From NCBI GenBank assembly GCA_964492065.1, contig CAZBHH010000001.1:6500-70499 (forward strand): a stretch of DNA of 64,000 nt. The letters run 5' to 3'. Under the pieces are notes generated by a model. The model was not told the DNA's origin. It worked only from the letters and a program-made list of their open reading frames with translations, and searched no databases. Position 1 is the first letter of the stretch. Each line of letters begins with the position of its first letter. Origin of the DNA: an uncultured Chitinophagales bacterium. GTDB taxonomy: Bacteria; Bacteroidota; Bacteroidia; Chitinophagales; BACL12. Below, one piece after another: positions 1 to 9,989 of this stretch. A program made the position numbers and the translations under genes.

Positions 1-311
1 GCCCATTTTGAATTTAGTTTACTTCCCGGAATAAGCGGGGATGGATAAATCTAATACATACCGTTGAGTTGATTGCAATTTTGAATCAACTTTTAACAAG
101 GCGCCTTGGGTGGGCGGCGTTGGCTGTGCGCAAATGCCGCAGCCGGTGGGGATTTGCGGGATGTGGAATCGCCGCATCGCCGCTGTTCTGCGGGGCACGC
201 TGCGGTTACTCCTGCTGCGCATGTGACCGCCGCTGTGTATTTTTATACTTTCCGGCGCCAGAACCGGCTGCCGGCACACTGTGTTTTAACCGTAAATAAA
301 AACTGAATGAT

Positions 312-560
312 ATGAAATGTCCGAATTGCAATGTAAACCTGGTAATGAGTGAGCGCAGCGGTATCGAGATTGACTATTGCCCCGACTGCCGCGGCGTGTG
401 GCTCGACCGCGGCGAGCTCGATAAAATCATCGAACGCTCATCGCGGGATACGCCTCCCAATCCCTCCGGCTCATACGACGGCAAACAACACTACCCGAAA
501 GATGGCCATTACCCTTATAAAAAGAAAAAGGGTTTGTTCGACGAATTGTTTGACTTCTGA
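312..560 (+). CDS. zf-TFIIB-like zinc-ribbon small protein
   Basis: CPNC...CPDC with the typical GIEIDYCPxCRGVWLDRGELDKII motif; KKKKGLFDELFDF tail. Confidence 0.85.
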   Translation: MKCPNCNVNLVMSERSGIEIDYCPDCRGVWLDRGELDKIIERSSRDTPPNPSGSYDGKQHYPKDGHYPYKKKKGLFDELFDF

Positions 561-583
561 TAAATGCTTCCTAAGGGTGAAAT

Positions 584-611
584 AAAAAAACCGGCTTGCG
601 CCGGTTTTTTT
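584..611. terminator. Bidirectional intrinsic terminator between the zinc-ribbon gene and clpC
   Basis: AAAAAAACCGGC-TTGC-GCCGGTTTTTTT inverted repeat between convergent genes. Confidence 0.9.
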
Positions 612-3179
612 TTATACTTCTTTTTCCTTTTCCTCTTTTTCTTTCTCTTCTTTCTTCTCTTTCTTTTTCGATACGGCGGTGTTAATTGTCAACTCCTTTT
701 TCTCGGTATCGTATTCCACCGTCAGCGTATCGCCGGGTTTGAACTTATCCAGGAGAATCTGCTCGGCGAGCGGGTCTTCCAGGTATTTCTGGATGGCACG
801 GTGCAGCGGGCGGGCGCCAAACTGCGGGTCGTAGCCCTTCTCGGCGAGGAAATCCTTCGCCGAATCGGCAAGTTTGAGTTTATAGCCGAGAGTCTCCAAC
901 CGTGTGCGCACTTCCTGCAGCGTGATATCGATGATCTTAAAGATATCTTCCCTGCTCAGCGGGTTGAAGATGACCACGTCGTCGATGCGGTTCAGGAATT
1001 CGGGCGAGAAGGTGCGCTTCAATGCCGTTTCGATTACCGCTTTGCTGTGGTCGTCGGCAGCCCGTTCTTTTGCGCCGGTGCTGAATCCCACGCCTTGTCC
1101 GAAATCCTTCAATTGCCTTGCCCCGATATTGGAGGTCATGATTATCAGCGTATTTTTAAAGTCGATTTTGCGTCCCAGACCGTCTGTCAGTTGTCCGTCG
1201 TCCAACACCTGCAACAGGATATTAAAAATATCGGGATGCGCCTTTTCAATTTCGTCGAGCAGGATAACGGAGTAGGGCTTGCGCCGCACTTTCTCGGTGA
1301 GTTGTCCGCCTTCTTCGTATCCGACATATCCCGGAGGGGCGCCGATTAAGCGGCTGACGCTGAATTTTTCCATGTACTCGCTCATATCGATGCGAATCAG
1401 CGAATCCTTGCTGTCGAATAAAAACTGGCTGAGTACTTTGGCGAGTTCGGTTTTTCCCACGCCGGTGGGGCCGAGGAAGATAAACGAGCCAATGGGTTTT
1501 TTCGGGTCTTTCAAACCCACCCGGTTGCGCTGTATCGCCTTGGTAATTTTTGAAATGGCTTCGTCCTGGCCGATAACGCCCTGGCGCAGTTCTTCGGCCA
1601 TATTCACCAGTTTGGAACCTTCGCTCTGGGCGATGCGCTTGGTAGGGATACCGGTCATCATCGCCACCACTTCGGCGATATCGTCTTCGGTGACGGGGTA
1701 TTTTTCGGTCTTCACCTGCTCTTCCCATTTTGTCTTTGCGGCTTCCAGTTCTTCCAGCAATTTCTTTTCGTTATCCCGCAGTTGAGCGGCTTCCTCGTAG
1801 CGCTGGCTTTTCACCACCTGGTTTTTCTTGTCCTTGATCTCTTCGATCTTGGCTTCGAGTTTCACCACTTCGTCCGGCACGTGAATATTTTTCAGGTGTA
1901 CCCGGGCGCCCACTTCGTCCAGAACGTCTATGGCCTTATCGGGTAAAAACCTGTCGGAAATATACCTGTTGGAGAGGGTAACGCAGGCTTTAATTGCCTC
2001 GTCGGCGTACTCGACATTGTGGTATTCCTCGTATTTCGATTTAATATTATTCAGTATCTCCATGGTTTCGTCGGCGGTGGGCGGGTCTATCATCACTTTC
2101 TGGAATCTCCTGTCGAGGGCGCCGTCTTTTTCGATGTACTGGCGGTATTCGTCGAGGGTGGAAGCGCCGATACACTGCAGTTCGCCGCGGGCGAGGGCGG
2201 GTTTAAAGATATTGCTGGCGTCCAGCGATCCGGTGGCGCCGCCGGCGCCGACGATGGTGTGAATTTCATCGATAAACAGGATGACGTCCCTGTTTTTCTC
2301 GAGTTCATTCATAATCGCCTTCATGCGCTCTTCAAACTGACCGCGGTATTTGGTTCCCGCAACGAGTGCGGCCAGGTCGAGCATGACGATGCGCTTGTCG
2401 AATAACACCCTGGATACTTTCCGCTGAATGATGCGCAGCGCCAGGCCTTCCACTACCGCAGTTTTGCCCACTCCCGGTTCGCCGATCAAAATGGGATTGT
2501 TCTTCTTGCGGCGGCTCAAAATCTGGCTCACCCGCTCAATTTCGGTCTGCCTGCCCACAATCGGGTCCAATTTTCCGTCTTCGGCAGCACGGGTAATATC
2601 CCTGCCGAAATTGTCGAGAACGGGGGTTTTGGATTTGGCAGCGCCGGATTTCCGGGGTACGCTAAACTGGCGTTCGGGTTTGTCTTCGTCTTCAAATCCC
2701 TCATCTTCGGCGGAATTTGTCGGCAAATCCTGACCCATTTCCTGGCGCACGTAGTCCAGTTCCTGGCGGAATGATTCGTAATCCACGTCAAACTGACCGA
2801 GAATCTGAGTAGCTATATTGTCTTTATTCTTCAGTATAGAGAGCAACAGGTGCTCGGTGCCGATGGTATCGCTTTTCAATACTTTGGCTTCGAGCACGGT
2901 AATTTTTAACACCTTTTCGGCTTGTTTAGTCAACGGCAGGCTGCCGGCATTCACAGTTTGGCGGGGAGATTTTTCCCGAATGGCCTCCTCAACGCTCTTG
3001 CGCAGCAGCACCATATTCACCTCCAGGCTCTGCAATACCCGGATTGCCAGGCCGCCGCCTTCGCGGATCAGGCCGAGCAGCAGGTGTTCGGTACCGATAT
3101 GATCATGACCTAATCGCAGCGCTTCTTCACGGCTATAGGAAATAACCTCTTTTACTTTGGGGGAAAATTTAGCATCCAT
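612..3179 (-). CDS. clpC: ATP-dependent Clp protease ATP-binding subunit, ClpC type
   Basis: Clp N-domain repeats, two Walker A motifs ([16 protein letters not shown]), UVR-type middle domain ([12 protein letters not shown]). Confidence 0.95.
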   Translation of the reverse strand: MDAKFSPKVKEVISYSREEALRLGHDHIGTEHLLLGLIREGGGLAIRVLQSLEVNMVLLRKSVEEAIREKSPRQTVNAGSLPLTKQAEKVLKITVLEAKVLKSDTIGTEHLLLSILKNKDNIATQILGQFDVDYESFRQELDYVRQEMGQDLPTNSAEDEGFEDEDKPERQFSVPRKSGAAKSKTPVLDNFGRDITRAAEDGKLDPIVGRQTEIERVSQILSRRKKNNPILIGEPGVGKTAVVEGLALRIIQRKVSRVLFDKRIVMLDLAALVAGTKYRGQFEERMKAIMNELEKNRDVILFIDEIHTIVGAGGATGSLDASNIFKPALARGELQCIGASTLDEYRQYIEKDGALDRRFQKVMIDPPTADETMEILNNIKSKYEEYHNVEYADEAIKACVTLSNRYISDRFLPDKAIDVLDEVGARVHLKNIHVPDEVVKLEAKIEEIKDKKNQVVKSQRYEEAAQLRDNEKKLLEELEAAKTKWEEQVKTEKYPVTEDDIAEVVAMMTGIPTKRIAQSEGSKLVNMAEELRQGVIGQDEAISKITKAIQRNRVGLKDPKKPIGSFIFLGPTGVGKTELAKVLSQFLFDSKDSLIRIDMSEYMEKFSVSRLIGAPPGYVGYEEGGQLTEKVRRKPYSVILLDEIEKAHPDIFNILLQVLDDGQLTDGLGRKIDFKNTLIIMTSNIGARQLKDFGQGVGFSTGAKERAADDHSKAVIETALKRTFSPEFLNRIDDVVIFNPLSREDIFKIIDITLQEVRTRLETLGYKLKLADSAKDFLAEKGYDPQFGARPLHRAIQKYLEDPLAEQILLDKFKPGDTLTVEYDTEKKELTINTAVSKKKEKKEEKEKEEKEKEV

Positions 3180-3410
3180 AGTATTCCTTTAAGTCAATAA
3201 TTAAACCAAACTAATCGAACTGCCAATATAACAATAACCACATTACGACAACGCAATTTAATGTAACGTGATTGTAAAACGCTTGCAATGGTATAATAAT
3301 TCAATGCAAGGTAATGCGCTGCATATTTCACAAATTTGGAAAAAAAATTAATTGGTTGTTATCCACAATCAATTAAAACTCGCTATAATTGTTCACCAAA
3401 TAGAATCATT

Positions 3411-3782
3411 ATGAAGTTTACATTAGACAAGAAAGAGAGATATTGCGTATTTAAGCTGAACGAAGACAAACTCAACTCATTGATTTCGCCTTTTTTGAAA
3501 AGTGAACTCATACTGTTAAACCAGGAGGGCTACCGGAATATCATCGCCGATCTGAGCCAGGTATCCTTTGTGGACTCTTCCGGGCTCAGCGCATTGCTGA
3601 TCGGCCACCGCATCTGCAAGGATGCAAAAGGCACCTTTGTACTGTGCGGGTGCAACGAAGCGGTAATAAAACTCATCAAAATTTCACAGTTGGACACCAT
3701 TTTAAATATGGTGCCGACAGAAAGCGAGGCAACCGATTTCATTTTGATGGAAGAGGTGCAGCGTGAAATTGAAGGTGAGTAG
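3411..3782 (+). CDS. STAS-domain anti-sigma factor antagonist
   Basis: DLSQVSFVDSSGL phosphoacceptor motif; start moved to ATG 3411. Confidence 0.85.
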   Translation: MKFTLDKKERYCVFKLNEDKLNSLISPFLKSELILLNQEGYRNIIADLSQVSFVDSSGLSALLIGHRICKDAKGTFVLCGCNEAVIKLIKISQLDTILNMVPTESEATDFILMEEVQREIEGE

Positions 3783-3784
3783 CC

Positions 3785-4732
3785 ATGTCATTTGAAGTAA
3801 CCATCATCGGTAGCAATTCGGCGGTACCGGCCCACGGGAGGAACCCGAGTGCGCAGGTGGTTGCGATATCCGACAAAATGTATTTGGTGGACTGTGGCGA
3901 GGGGACGCAGATGCGGCTCCAGCAATTGGGCATTAAATGGAGTAAAATCAACCATATCTTCATCAGCCACTTACACGGCGATCATTACTTCGGTTTAATC
4001 GGGATGATTTCCACCTATCACTTGCTGAAAAGAACCCGGCCGCTGGAGGTCTTTGCGCCGGCGCCGCTGGAGGAAATCATCCGCACCCAGTTGGCAGCGG
4101 GCAATACGGAGTTGTGTTTCCCCTTAATTTTTCACCCTACCAACCCCGAGACTGCGCAAATAATTCTCGAAAACGAAGAGATTACGGTGGAGACCATTAT
4201 TCTGAGTCACCGCATCGCCTGTACCGGATTTTTGTTCCGCGAAAAGCAAAAGGAGCGCAAAATAAACCGGGATAAAATGCAGGAATACGGCGTGCCGTTC
4301 CACTATGTCCCGGAGTTGAAACAGGGAAACGATATCGTTTTGCAGGAAACCGGCAGGCGAATTGCCAATGCAGAACTCACCATAGACCCGGTTCCGGCGC
4401 TCTCTTACGCCTATTGTTGCGATACCGCCTACGACGAATCGCTGTTGCCGCAAATCCAACATGTCAACCTGCTGTACCACGATTGTACATTCGACAAAGC
4501 GAGCAGCGCCCGGGCAGCGGAGACATTTCACAGCACGACAGTCCAGGCGGCGACCATAGCGTCCAAGGCGAGGGTACAGCAATTGCTCATCGGCCATTTC
4601 TCGGCGAAGTACGCCGACCTCGGCGTGTTGCTGGAAGAAGCCAGAGCCGTTTTCGCCGATACCGCCCTGGCATTGGAAGGGGTAACCTTTAAAGTACGCC
4701 ATGCACAGGAAGCGGTAAAATTTGCCGGTTGA
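3785..4732 (+). CDS. rnz: Ribonuclease Z (tRNA 3' processing, metallo-beta-lactamase fold)
   Basis: HLHGDH motif, DCGEGTQ, HST and GHFS motifs, flexible-arm insert. Confidence 0.92.
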   Translation: MSFEVTIIGSNSAVPAHGRNPSAQVVAISDKMYLVDCGEGTQMRLQQLGIKWSKINHIFISHLHGDHYFGLIGMISTYHLLKRTRPLEVFAPAPLEEIIRTQLAAGNTELCFPLIFHPTNPETAQIILENEEITVETIILSHRIACTGFLFREKQKERKINRDKMQEYGVPFHYVPELKQGNDIVLQETGRRIANAELTIDPVPALSYAYCCDTAYDESLLPQIQHVNLLYHDCTFDKASSARAAETFHSTTVQAATIASKARVQQLLIGHFSAKYADLGVLLEEARAVFADTALALEGVTFKVRHAQEAVKFAG

Positions 4733-4776
4733 AACGGCAGGCCGCTGCTCCGCCATTCACTTTACAGGCGGTCAAC

Positions 4777-6132
4777 TCATTCCCGTTTCAAGTCGTATTT
4801 CTCGATTTTATTGTAGAGATGAGAGCGCTGGATATCCAGTTCTTCGGCGGTTTTGGAAACATTCCAATTGTTTTTATTCAGCCGGAACAGGATAAATTCC
4901 TTTTCGATATAATCTTTAAAGTCCTGGAATTTTTCGAAGCGCTCGTATAAGTCTTTCGGGCTGCCGCCGCTGCCGGAAGTGTTGCCGTAAGCGAGCACAT
5001 CTTCCTCGGTAATTTTCTGGTCGCTGAGGATGACAAGGCGCTCGAGCACATTGCGCAGTTCGCGGATATTGCCCGTAAAGGTGATATTCTGCATTTCCTG
5101 CATAGCCTTCGGGGTAATCACCTTGCGGGGCATGCCGTAGTCTTCACAGATTTCCTTCACAAATTTTTCGGCGAGCAGCGGGATGTCTTCTTTGCGGTCG
5201 TTGAGCGATGGCACGTGAATTAAAATCACGCTGAGGCGGTGGTACAGGTCAATGCGAAAGGTGTTAACCTCGATCTCTTTCAGCAGGTCTTTATTGGTAG
5301 CGGCAACCACCCGCACATCCACCGGTATTTCCTTGTCGCCGCCGACACGGGTAATTTTATTTTCCTGGAGGGCACGCAGCACCTTTGCCTGGGCGCTGAG
5401 ACTCATGTCGCCGATTTCATCGAGAAACAGGGTGCCGCCATTTGCCTGTTCAAATTTGCCGATGCGCTGTTTTATCGCCGAGGTGAATGCGCCCTTTTCG
5501 TGGCCGAACAGTTCGCTTTCGATCAGCTCGCTCGGAATGGCGGCGCAGTTCACCTCTATCAGCGGGCCGTTGGAGCGATTGCTGCGCTCGTGAATCCAGC
5601 GGGCGACCAGTTCCTTGCCGGTGCCGTTATCGCCGGTGATTAATACCCGTGCATCGGTAGGCGCCACACGCTCAATGGTGTCTTTAATTTTTTTTATCGC
5701 CGGCGAATCGCCGATTATCTCTCTTGTTTTCGAGACTTTGCGCTTGAGCACTTTTGTCTCTGTCAGCAAATTGCTCTTGTCGAGCGCATTGCGGATGGTG
5801 ATGAGCAGCCGGTTCAAATCGGGCGGTTTGGCCACGTAATCGAAGGCGCCTTTTTTCACGGCATCCACTGCCGTTTCCAGGGTGCCATGACCGGAAATCA
5901 TAATGACGGGTACATCGGCATTGGATTGCTGCATTTTTTCCAATACCTCCATACCATCCATTTTTGGCATTTTAATATCCATCAATACCACATCGTAATC
6001 GCCGTCCTGAATCATGCGCAACCCTTCGGCGCCATCCTGTGCTTCATCCACCGTATAGCCCTCGTACTCCAGTATTTCCTTTAGCGTTTTGCGAATGCTT
6101 TTTTCATCATCTACCAATAAAATATTTGCCAT
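4777..6132 (-). CDS. NtrC/NtrX-family response regulator (REC-AAA+-Fis HTH)
   Basis: Receiver domain (DD...D...K), GDNGTGKE Walker A, ESELFGHEKGAFTSA, C-terminal HTH. Confidence 0.92.
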   Translation of the reverse strand: MANILLVDDEKSIRKTLKEILEYEGYTVDEAQDGAEGLRMIQDGDYDVVLMDIKMPKMDGMEVLEKMQQSNADVPVIMISGHGTLETAVDAVKKGAFDYVAKPPDLNRLLITIRNALDKSNLLTETKVLKRKVSKTREIIGDSPAIKKIKDTIERVAPTDARVLITGDNGTGKELVARWIHERSNRSNGPLIEVNCAAIPSELIESELFGHEKGAFTSAIKQRIGKFEQANGGTLFLDEIGDMSLSAQAKVLRALQENKITRVGGDKEIPVDVRVVAATNKDLLKEIEVNTFRIDLYHRLSVILIHVPSLNDRKEDIPLLAEKFVKEICEDYGMPRKVITPKAMQEMQNITFTGNIRELRNVLERLVILSDQKITEEDVLAYGNTSGSGGSPKDLYERFEKFQDFKDYIEKEFILFRLNKNNWNVSKTAEELDIQRSHLYNKIEKYDLKRE

Positions 6133-6226
6133 ATGATTTAGTGTTCAAGGTTAGTTTAAATCTACTGTTCCGGTAACGGGCTTAAAATTACCCAAAATTA
6201 AAGCAACTGTTTTGGCATTAATACGG

Positions 6227-6964
6227 CTATAGTTCCTCTTGCTTAGTGAGATTTCCCGACTCGTCGTAATATTTCCATTTGCCGGTTTTCAAATCCTTTG
6301 CGTAATTGCCTTCGCTTTTCACTGCGCCGTTGTCGTAGTACTCCGTCCACAACCCGGTTTTCAATCCGCTTGTGTAGTTGCCCTTCGAAATGATTACGCC
6401 ATTCATATTATAAACTACCTGCGGACCTTCTAAAATGCCGTTGACATAATACTGCTCCATTGCGGGCAGTCCGTTGTTGTAATACCAGGTGCTGCGCCCG
6501 TGTTTAACACCTTCTTTGAATTCCTCTTCGGCAACTGTTTTTCCCATCGTATTATTTTCAATGGACAGCCCGTCGAGTTTTCCGTTCTTATAGTAATTGC
6601 TGCGCAGCAGGATGCGCACATTGCTGGAACTGCCGTAGATGCGCACCTCGCCGTTGAGTGTATCGTTCAGGTAATGCTCCTCTTTGGCCAGCACTCCGGA
6701 TTTTTCGAAATATAATTGCAGTCCGTCTTGCCTGCCATGCCTGTATTGTTTCATTCCCATCAACACGCCATTGGGAAAATAATGCATCAGGTTGCCGTGC
6801 AGCTCACCGTCTTTCAATGTGCCTTTGTCAATGGATAAATCTTTATTTACCGTTTCGAAGGCAACGATATTGCGAACCGGATCCACGGCGGTAAAAATGG
6901 TATCCTGTTGACAGTATGCCGTTGCGTTAAAACAACAAAGCAATACAAAAACTATCCTAATCAT
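6227..6964 (-). CDS. Exported MORN-variant repeat protein (YwqK-like)
   Basis: Repeated Y..G.L.G....Y..NG units; signal peptide from ATG 6964 (MIRIVFVLLCC). Confidence 0.8.
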   Translation of the reverse strand: MIRIVFVLLCCFNATAYCQQDTIFTAVDPVRNIVAFETVNKDLSIDKGTLKDGELHGNLMHYFPNGVLMGMKQYRHGRQDGLQLYFEKSGVLAKEEHYLNDTLNGEVRIYGSSSNVRILLRSNYYKNGKLDGLSIENNTMGKTVAEEEFKEGVKHGRSTWYYNNGLPAMEQYYVNGILEGPQVVYNMNGVIISKGNYTSGLKTGLWTEYYDNGAVKSEGNYAKDLKTGKWKYYDESGNLTKQEEL

Positions 6965-7148
6965 TTTTCTTTTTTTTATCTTTCTTTTGATTTTTCCCAT
7001 TGTCTTCTTTTGACGGAGACTGTTCGCCGCGACAGCATTCATCCAGCACCATTTTGCAGTTGCTGCACTGTCCATGCCCGTGTACCCACACGATTTGTGC
7101 GGGCAGGCCGCAGAACGGGCAAATAATGATATCGGCATTCAACTCCAT
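6957..7148 (-). CDS. Small Cys/His-rich putative zinc-binding protein
   Basis: CPFC-x-HGHGQCSNC-x-ECC; its stop overlaps the next ATG (ATGATTAG), suggesting translational coupling. Confidence 0.6.
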   Translation of the reverse strand: MELNADIIICPFCGLPAQIVWVHGHGQCSNCKMVLDECCRGEQSPSKEDNGKNQKKDKKKKND

Positions 7149-7158
7149 ACAAAAAAAA

Positions 7159-7529
7159 CTGCAGGCTCATAAGCCGGATTCTGTTTCAATCCTGTCATTT
7201 ATCTGGGCTGTACATCACTGCACAGCTCCTGCTGCCTACCCACCGGAGATTCGGGCGAGCCACCCTCTGTTCCACCGCAGTGGAATACTCCGGCATATTT
7301 GGCATTGTAACCCGCAAGGTTTACCCGCAACAGCTATTGCTAACTGCTGCCGTGAGCTCTTACCTCACATTTTCACCCTTGCCGTTTCCCTGCGGAAGCG
7401 GCGGTTATTTTCTGTGGCACTATCTCGTGCAATGTCGAAACATTACAGCCACCCGTTAGGTGGTGCAGCGCTCTGTGTTATCCGGACTTTCCTCTCCGAC
7501 TTTAATCGGAGCGACAGGCCGGCCTGCAG
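7159..7529 (-). ncRNA. rnpB: RNase P RNA
   Basis: Minus strand has GAGGAAAGTCCGG near the 5' end and ACAGAATCCGGCTTAT near the 3' end; P1 ends CTGCAGGC/GCCTGCAG pair; ~370 nt. Confidence 0.95.
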
Positions 7530-7544
7530 ATATGTTAAAGAACA

Positions 7545-8513
7545 TTATAAATATATCTCGGTTGCACCAAAGCCAAAACGCACATTGTAATCATTATTAT
7601 ACGATACTACTTCCGGTGTTTGTCGCAACACTTTTTCAATTTCTTCTTTCAGCTTGCCGGTACCCAAACCGTGAATCGCATAAATGCGATGTAAATTATA
7701 TGTTATAGCCTTGTCTAAAAACCGCTCGAAATGCCGCAACTGAATCGATAATATTTCCGACTTCTCCAACCTTGCATGGTCAGCTACGAGTTTTTCGATA
7801 TGCAGGTCGATATAATCGGGCATTGCCGCTTTTTCCAATACCTGATGCGCTGGAATGTTTTTCTTTGGCGGTTTCTTAAAAATATCCGCTTCCTCCTTGT
7901 CAGCGGACGTTTTTTCTCTTTCGTCCGGCAACGCTTTTAATATTTCAAAGGCGAGAAAATCTCTTTGCTTAAACACATCGCTTTCCAGTTGGGAAAAAAA
8001 TTGCTTTGCTTTCAGCCTGAGTTCTTTTGACACTGATCTGCCGGTACCGGAACCGGTGTTAATCCAAAAGGTCACATTGAATTGCGGCAGGTCGTTTAAA
8101 TGATCCGGTTTAAAAAAGTGCAGTCGGATATCGGCGCCCGAAGGCAATTCTTTTTTTAATTTTTCTTCAGTTGACTGCCGCAGCAGGTATGTGTAGTCCA
8201 TCCACAGGTTTTCGTTCAGCCTGTTGCACAACCACAACGCATACCGCTCGGTTTCGCCGTTCATTTTTCGCATGGGTTCCATCACCAGCCATATACCTGC
8301 GGGCAGTTCCCGTTTTGCGTCAATAGTTTTTGGAGTTTCCTCTTTTTCTCTCAGTTCGAATTCCGAGGCTTTGACAACGGCGGTTGCGTGTACCGTGCGC
8401 AAGTTGCCATCAATATCTACAATGGCAGTATATTTATCCATATAGGATCGCAATACGCCCAATTCGCCGGTGGTAACAACAAATACTTTTGTGCCGTCAG
8501 GAATTTTGCCCAT
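7545..8513 (-). CDS. Smr/MutS2 C-terminal domain protein
   Basis: C-terminal Smr motifs IDLHIEKL...IHGLGTGKLK; N-terminal KOW-like strands. Confidence 0.85.
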   Translation of the reverse strand: MGKIPDGTKVFVVTTGELGVLRSYMDKYTAIVDIDGNLRTVHATAVVKASEFELREKEETPKTIDAKRELPAGIWLVMEPMRKMNGETERYALWLCNRLNENLWMDYTYLLRQSTEEKLKKELPSGADIRLHFFKPDHLNDLPQFNVTFWINTGSGTGRSVSKELRLKAKQFFSQLESDVFKQRDFLAFEILKALPDEREKTSADKEEADIFKKPPKKNIPAHQVLEKAAMPDYIDLHIEKLVADHARLEKSEILSIQLRHFERFLDKAITYNLHRIYAIHGLGTGKLKEEIEKVLRQTPEVVSYNNDYNVRFGFGATEIYL

Positions 8514-8520
8514 AGACTTA

Positions 8521-8528
8521 CAAAGGTA
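8521..8528 (-). promoter_or_regulatory. Bacteroidota housekeeping -7 promoter element for the smr gene
   Basis: TACCTTTG matches TAnnTTTG, 7 nt upstream of the ATG. Confidence 0.6.
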
Positions 8529-8588
8529 GGTAATCGAAAATTTTCACCTGCCGGTTCCCGGGCAGTGCAATTTTTTTATCATTGCAGT

Positions 8589-9257
8589 ATGAAATTTGTG
8601 TTCCGGCAAAATCCGGGTAGCGCAAACGGTATTATTTCCATAATGCTCGCATGTATGTTGCTCTCTTGCCAACCCCTGTTGCGCCGGGTTGTCGGAATAA
8701 ATGATATTTCCCGTTTCACCCCGGAAGAAATCACAGAACTCGCAGCCAAATACCACGTGGCAGATGCGGAACTGTTGGTATTGCGGGATACGGCTTATCT
8801 CCAATTTATGCACGCCTATATCGAAAGCCGGTCAACGGGATTTGATTCGGCAAAATTTCTATATCAACCGTTACAGGTAATGGGTTTTGACAGCGCCGGC
8901 CGTATTCAATTTCACCTGGTTAACTGCAATATTGGAGGCTTCCCAAACCTGCAATGGAACAGGTACGGCTATTTCGACGTGGCACCGCTGCACATGCCCG
9001 GTCAATTGTTGCCGGATTCCACATTGGAAATCACATCCTTTAACGGGTTGTACGCACCTGTTTTTCCGGAACTGGATGGCATACAACCGCAAAGCGGAGA
9101 AACCATTATCGCCTACTGGAATCACTTCATGGGACGGCAGAGCAAACGGCTGATTGCGACAGTGCATGAATATAAAAACAATACGTATCCCAACGCCAAA
9201 ATCTATTTTGTAAATACGGATAATTTCATATACCTGTTACATACCGACAGTATTTAA
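8589..9257 (+). CDS. Hypothetical lipoprotein
   Basis: Lipobox-like MLLSC; coding-like composition; start uncertain. Confidence 0.6.
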   Translation: MKFVFRQNPGSANGIISIMLACMLLSCQPLLRRVVGINDISRFTPEEITELAAKYHVADAELLVLRDTAYLQFMHAYIESRSTGFDSAKFLYQPLQVMGFDSAGRIQFHLVNCNIGGFPNLQWNRYGYFDVAPLHMPGQLLPDSTLEITSFNGLYAPVFPELDGIQPQSGETIIAYWNHFMGRQSKRLIATVHEYKNNTYPNAKIYFVNTDNFIYLLHTDSI

Positions 9258-9320
9258 ATGCCTTAAATCACAGGTCGGATTGCAGCGCTGAATACCGATA
9301 GCTTATCTTCGCCGATAATT

Positions 9321-9989
9321 ATGCAGAACCCGACGAAAAAAACGCTCAAGTGGAGTATCGCTCAAAAAGCAGAGGCACAATGGTGGCAGAATTACCTGCA
9401 GGGTAAAGATGTGGCGGCGTATCATGCGTGGAAAAAAAATTACTGGCAGGGCGTATTGGATAAAATTGCCGGAGTATGTCCTGTTAAGAGCGGTATGCAG
9501 GTACTGGATGCCGGTTGCGGGCCGGCGGGACTATTTATGCAATTGCCGCACTGTGCGGTAGATGCCGTTGACCCGCTCATAGATAATTACAATGCAAACC
9601 TGCCGCATTTCAAAACTGCCGACTACCCGTATGTTACATTTTTCAATTCGCCGATGGAGCAGTATGCAACTGAAAAAAAATACGATATCGTGTTTTGCAT
9701 GAATGCGATTAACCACGTTATAGATATCAGACACAGTTACTCATTATTAGGCAAATGGGTAAAGCCCGGCGGCAAACTGGTGGTGACGATCGATGCGCAC
9801 AATTACAAATTTTTCAAGTACCTGTTCCGGTGTATTCCCGGCGATATCCTGCATCCGCATCAATACGACTTAAACGAATATGCGGCATTTATCACAGGCA
9901 ATGGATTTCACATGTTGTTCACCGAAAAATTAAAAACAGAATTTTTCTTTAATCACTACATACAGGTGGCGGAGAAAACCGGCGATTAA
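9321..9989 (+). CDS. Class I SAM-dependent methyltransferase
   Basis: VLDAGCGP motif I, YDIVFCMNAINHV, VKPGGKL. Confidence 0.88.
   Translation: MQNPTKKTLKWSIAQKAEAQWWQNYLQGKDVAAYHAWKKNYWQGVLDKIAGVCPVKSGMQVLDAGCGPAGLFMQLPHCAVDAVDPLIDNYNANLPHFKTADYPYVTFFNSPMEQYATEKKYDIVFCMNAINHVIDIRHSYSLLGKWVKPGGKLVVTIDAHNYKFFKYLFRCIPGDILHPHQYDLNEYAAFITGNGFHMLFTEKLKTEFFFNHYIQVAEKTGD

Noticed and set aside
1-6. Possible start of a minus-strand gene (CAT at 4-6)
   Set aside because: Only two codons are in the window; cannot be supported
69-89. FNR-like TTGAT...ATCAA site
   Set aside because: Spacer is 11 nt, not the 4 nt of an FNR box
612-670. K/E low-complexity tail of ClpC resembling a repeat
   Set aside because: Ordinary charged C-terminal tail, not a tandem DNA repeat
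564-1349. Long plus-strand ORF (261 aa) and similar antisense ORFs, e.g. 4124-4756, 12684-13154, 38171-38845
   Set aside because: Shadow frames of strongly supported genes on the opposite strand; no motifs of their own
6227-6964. Toxin-antitoxin system suggested by the YwqK-like label
   Set aside because: Exported MORN-repeat protein with no recognisable toxin partner; the label is a generic family name
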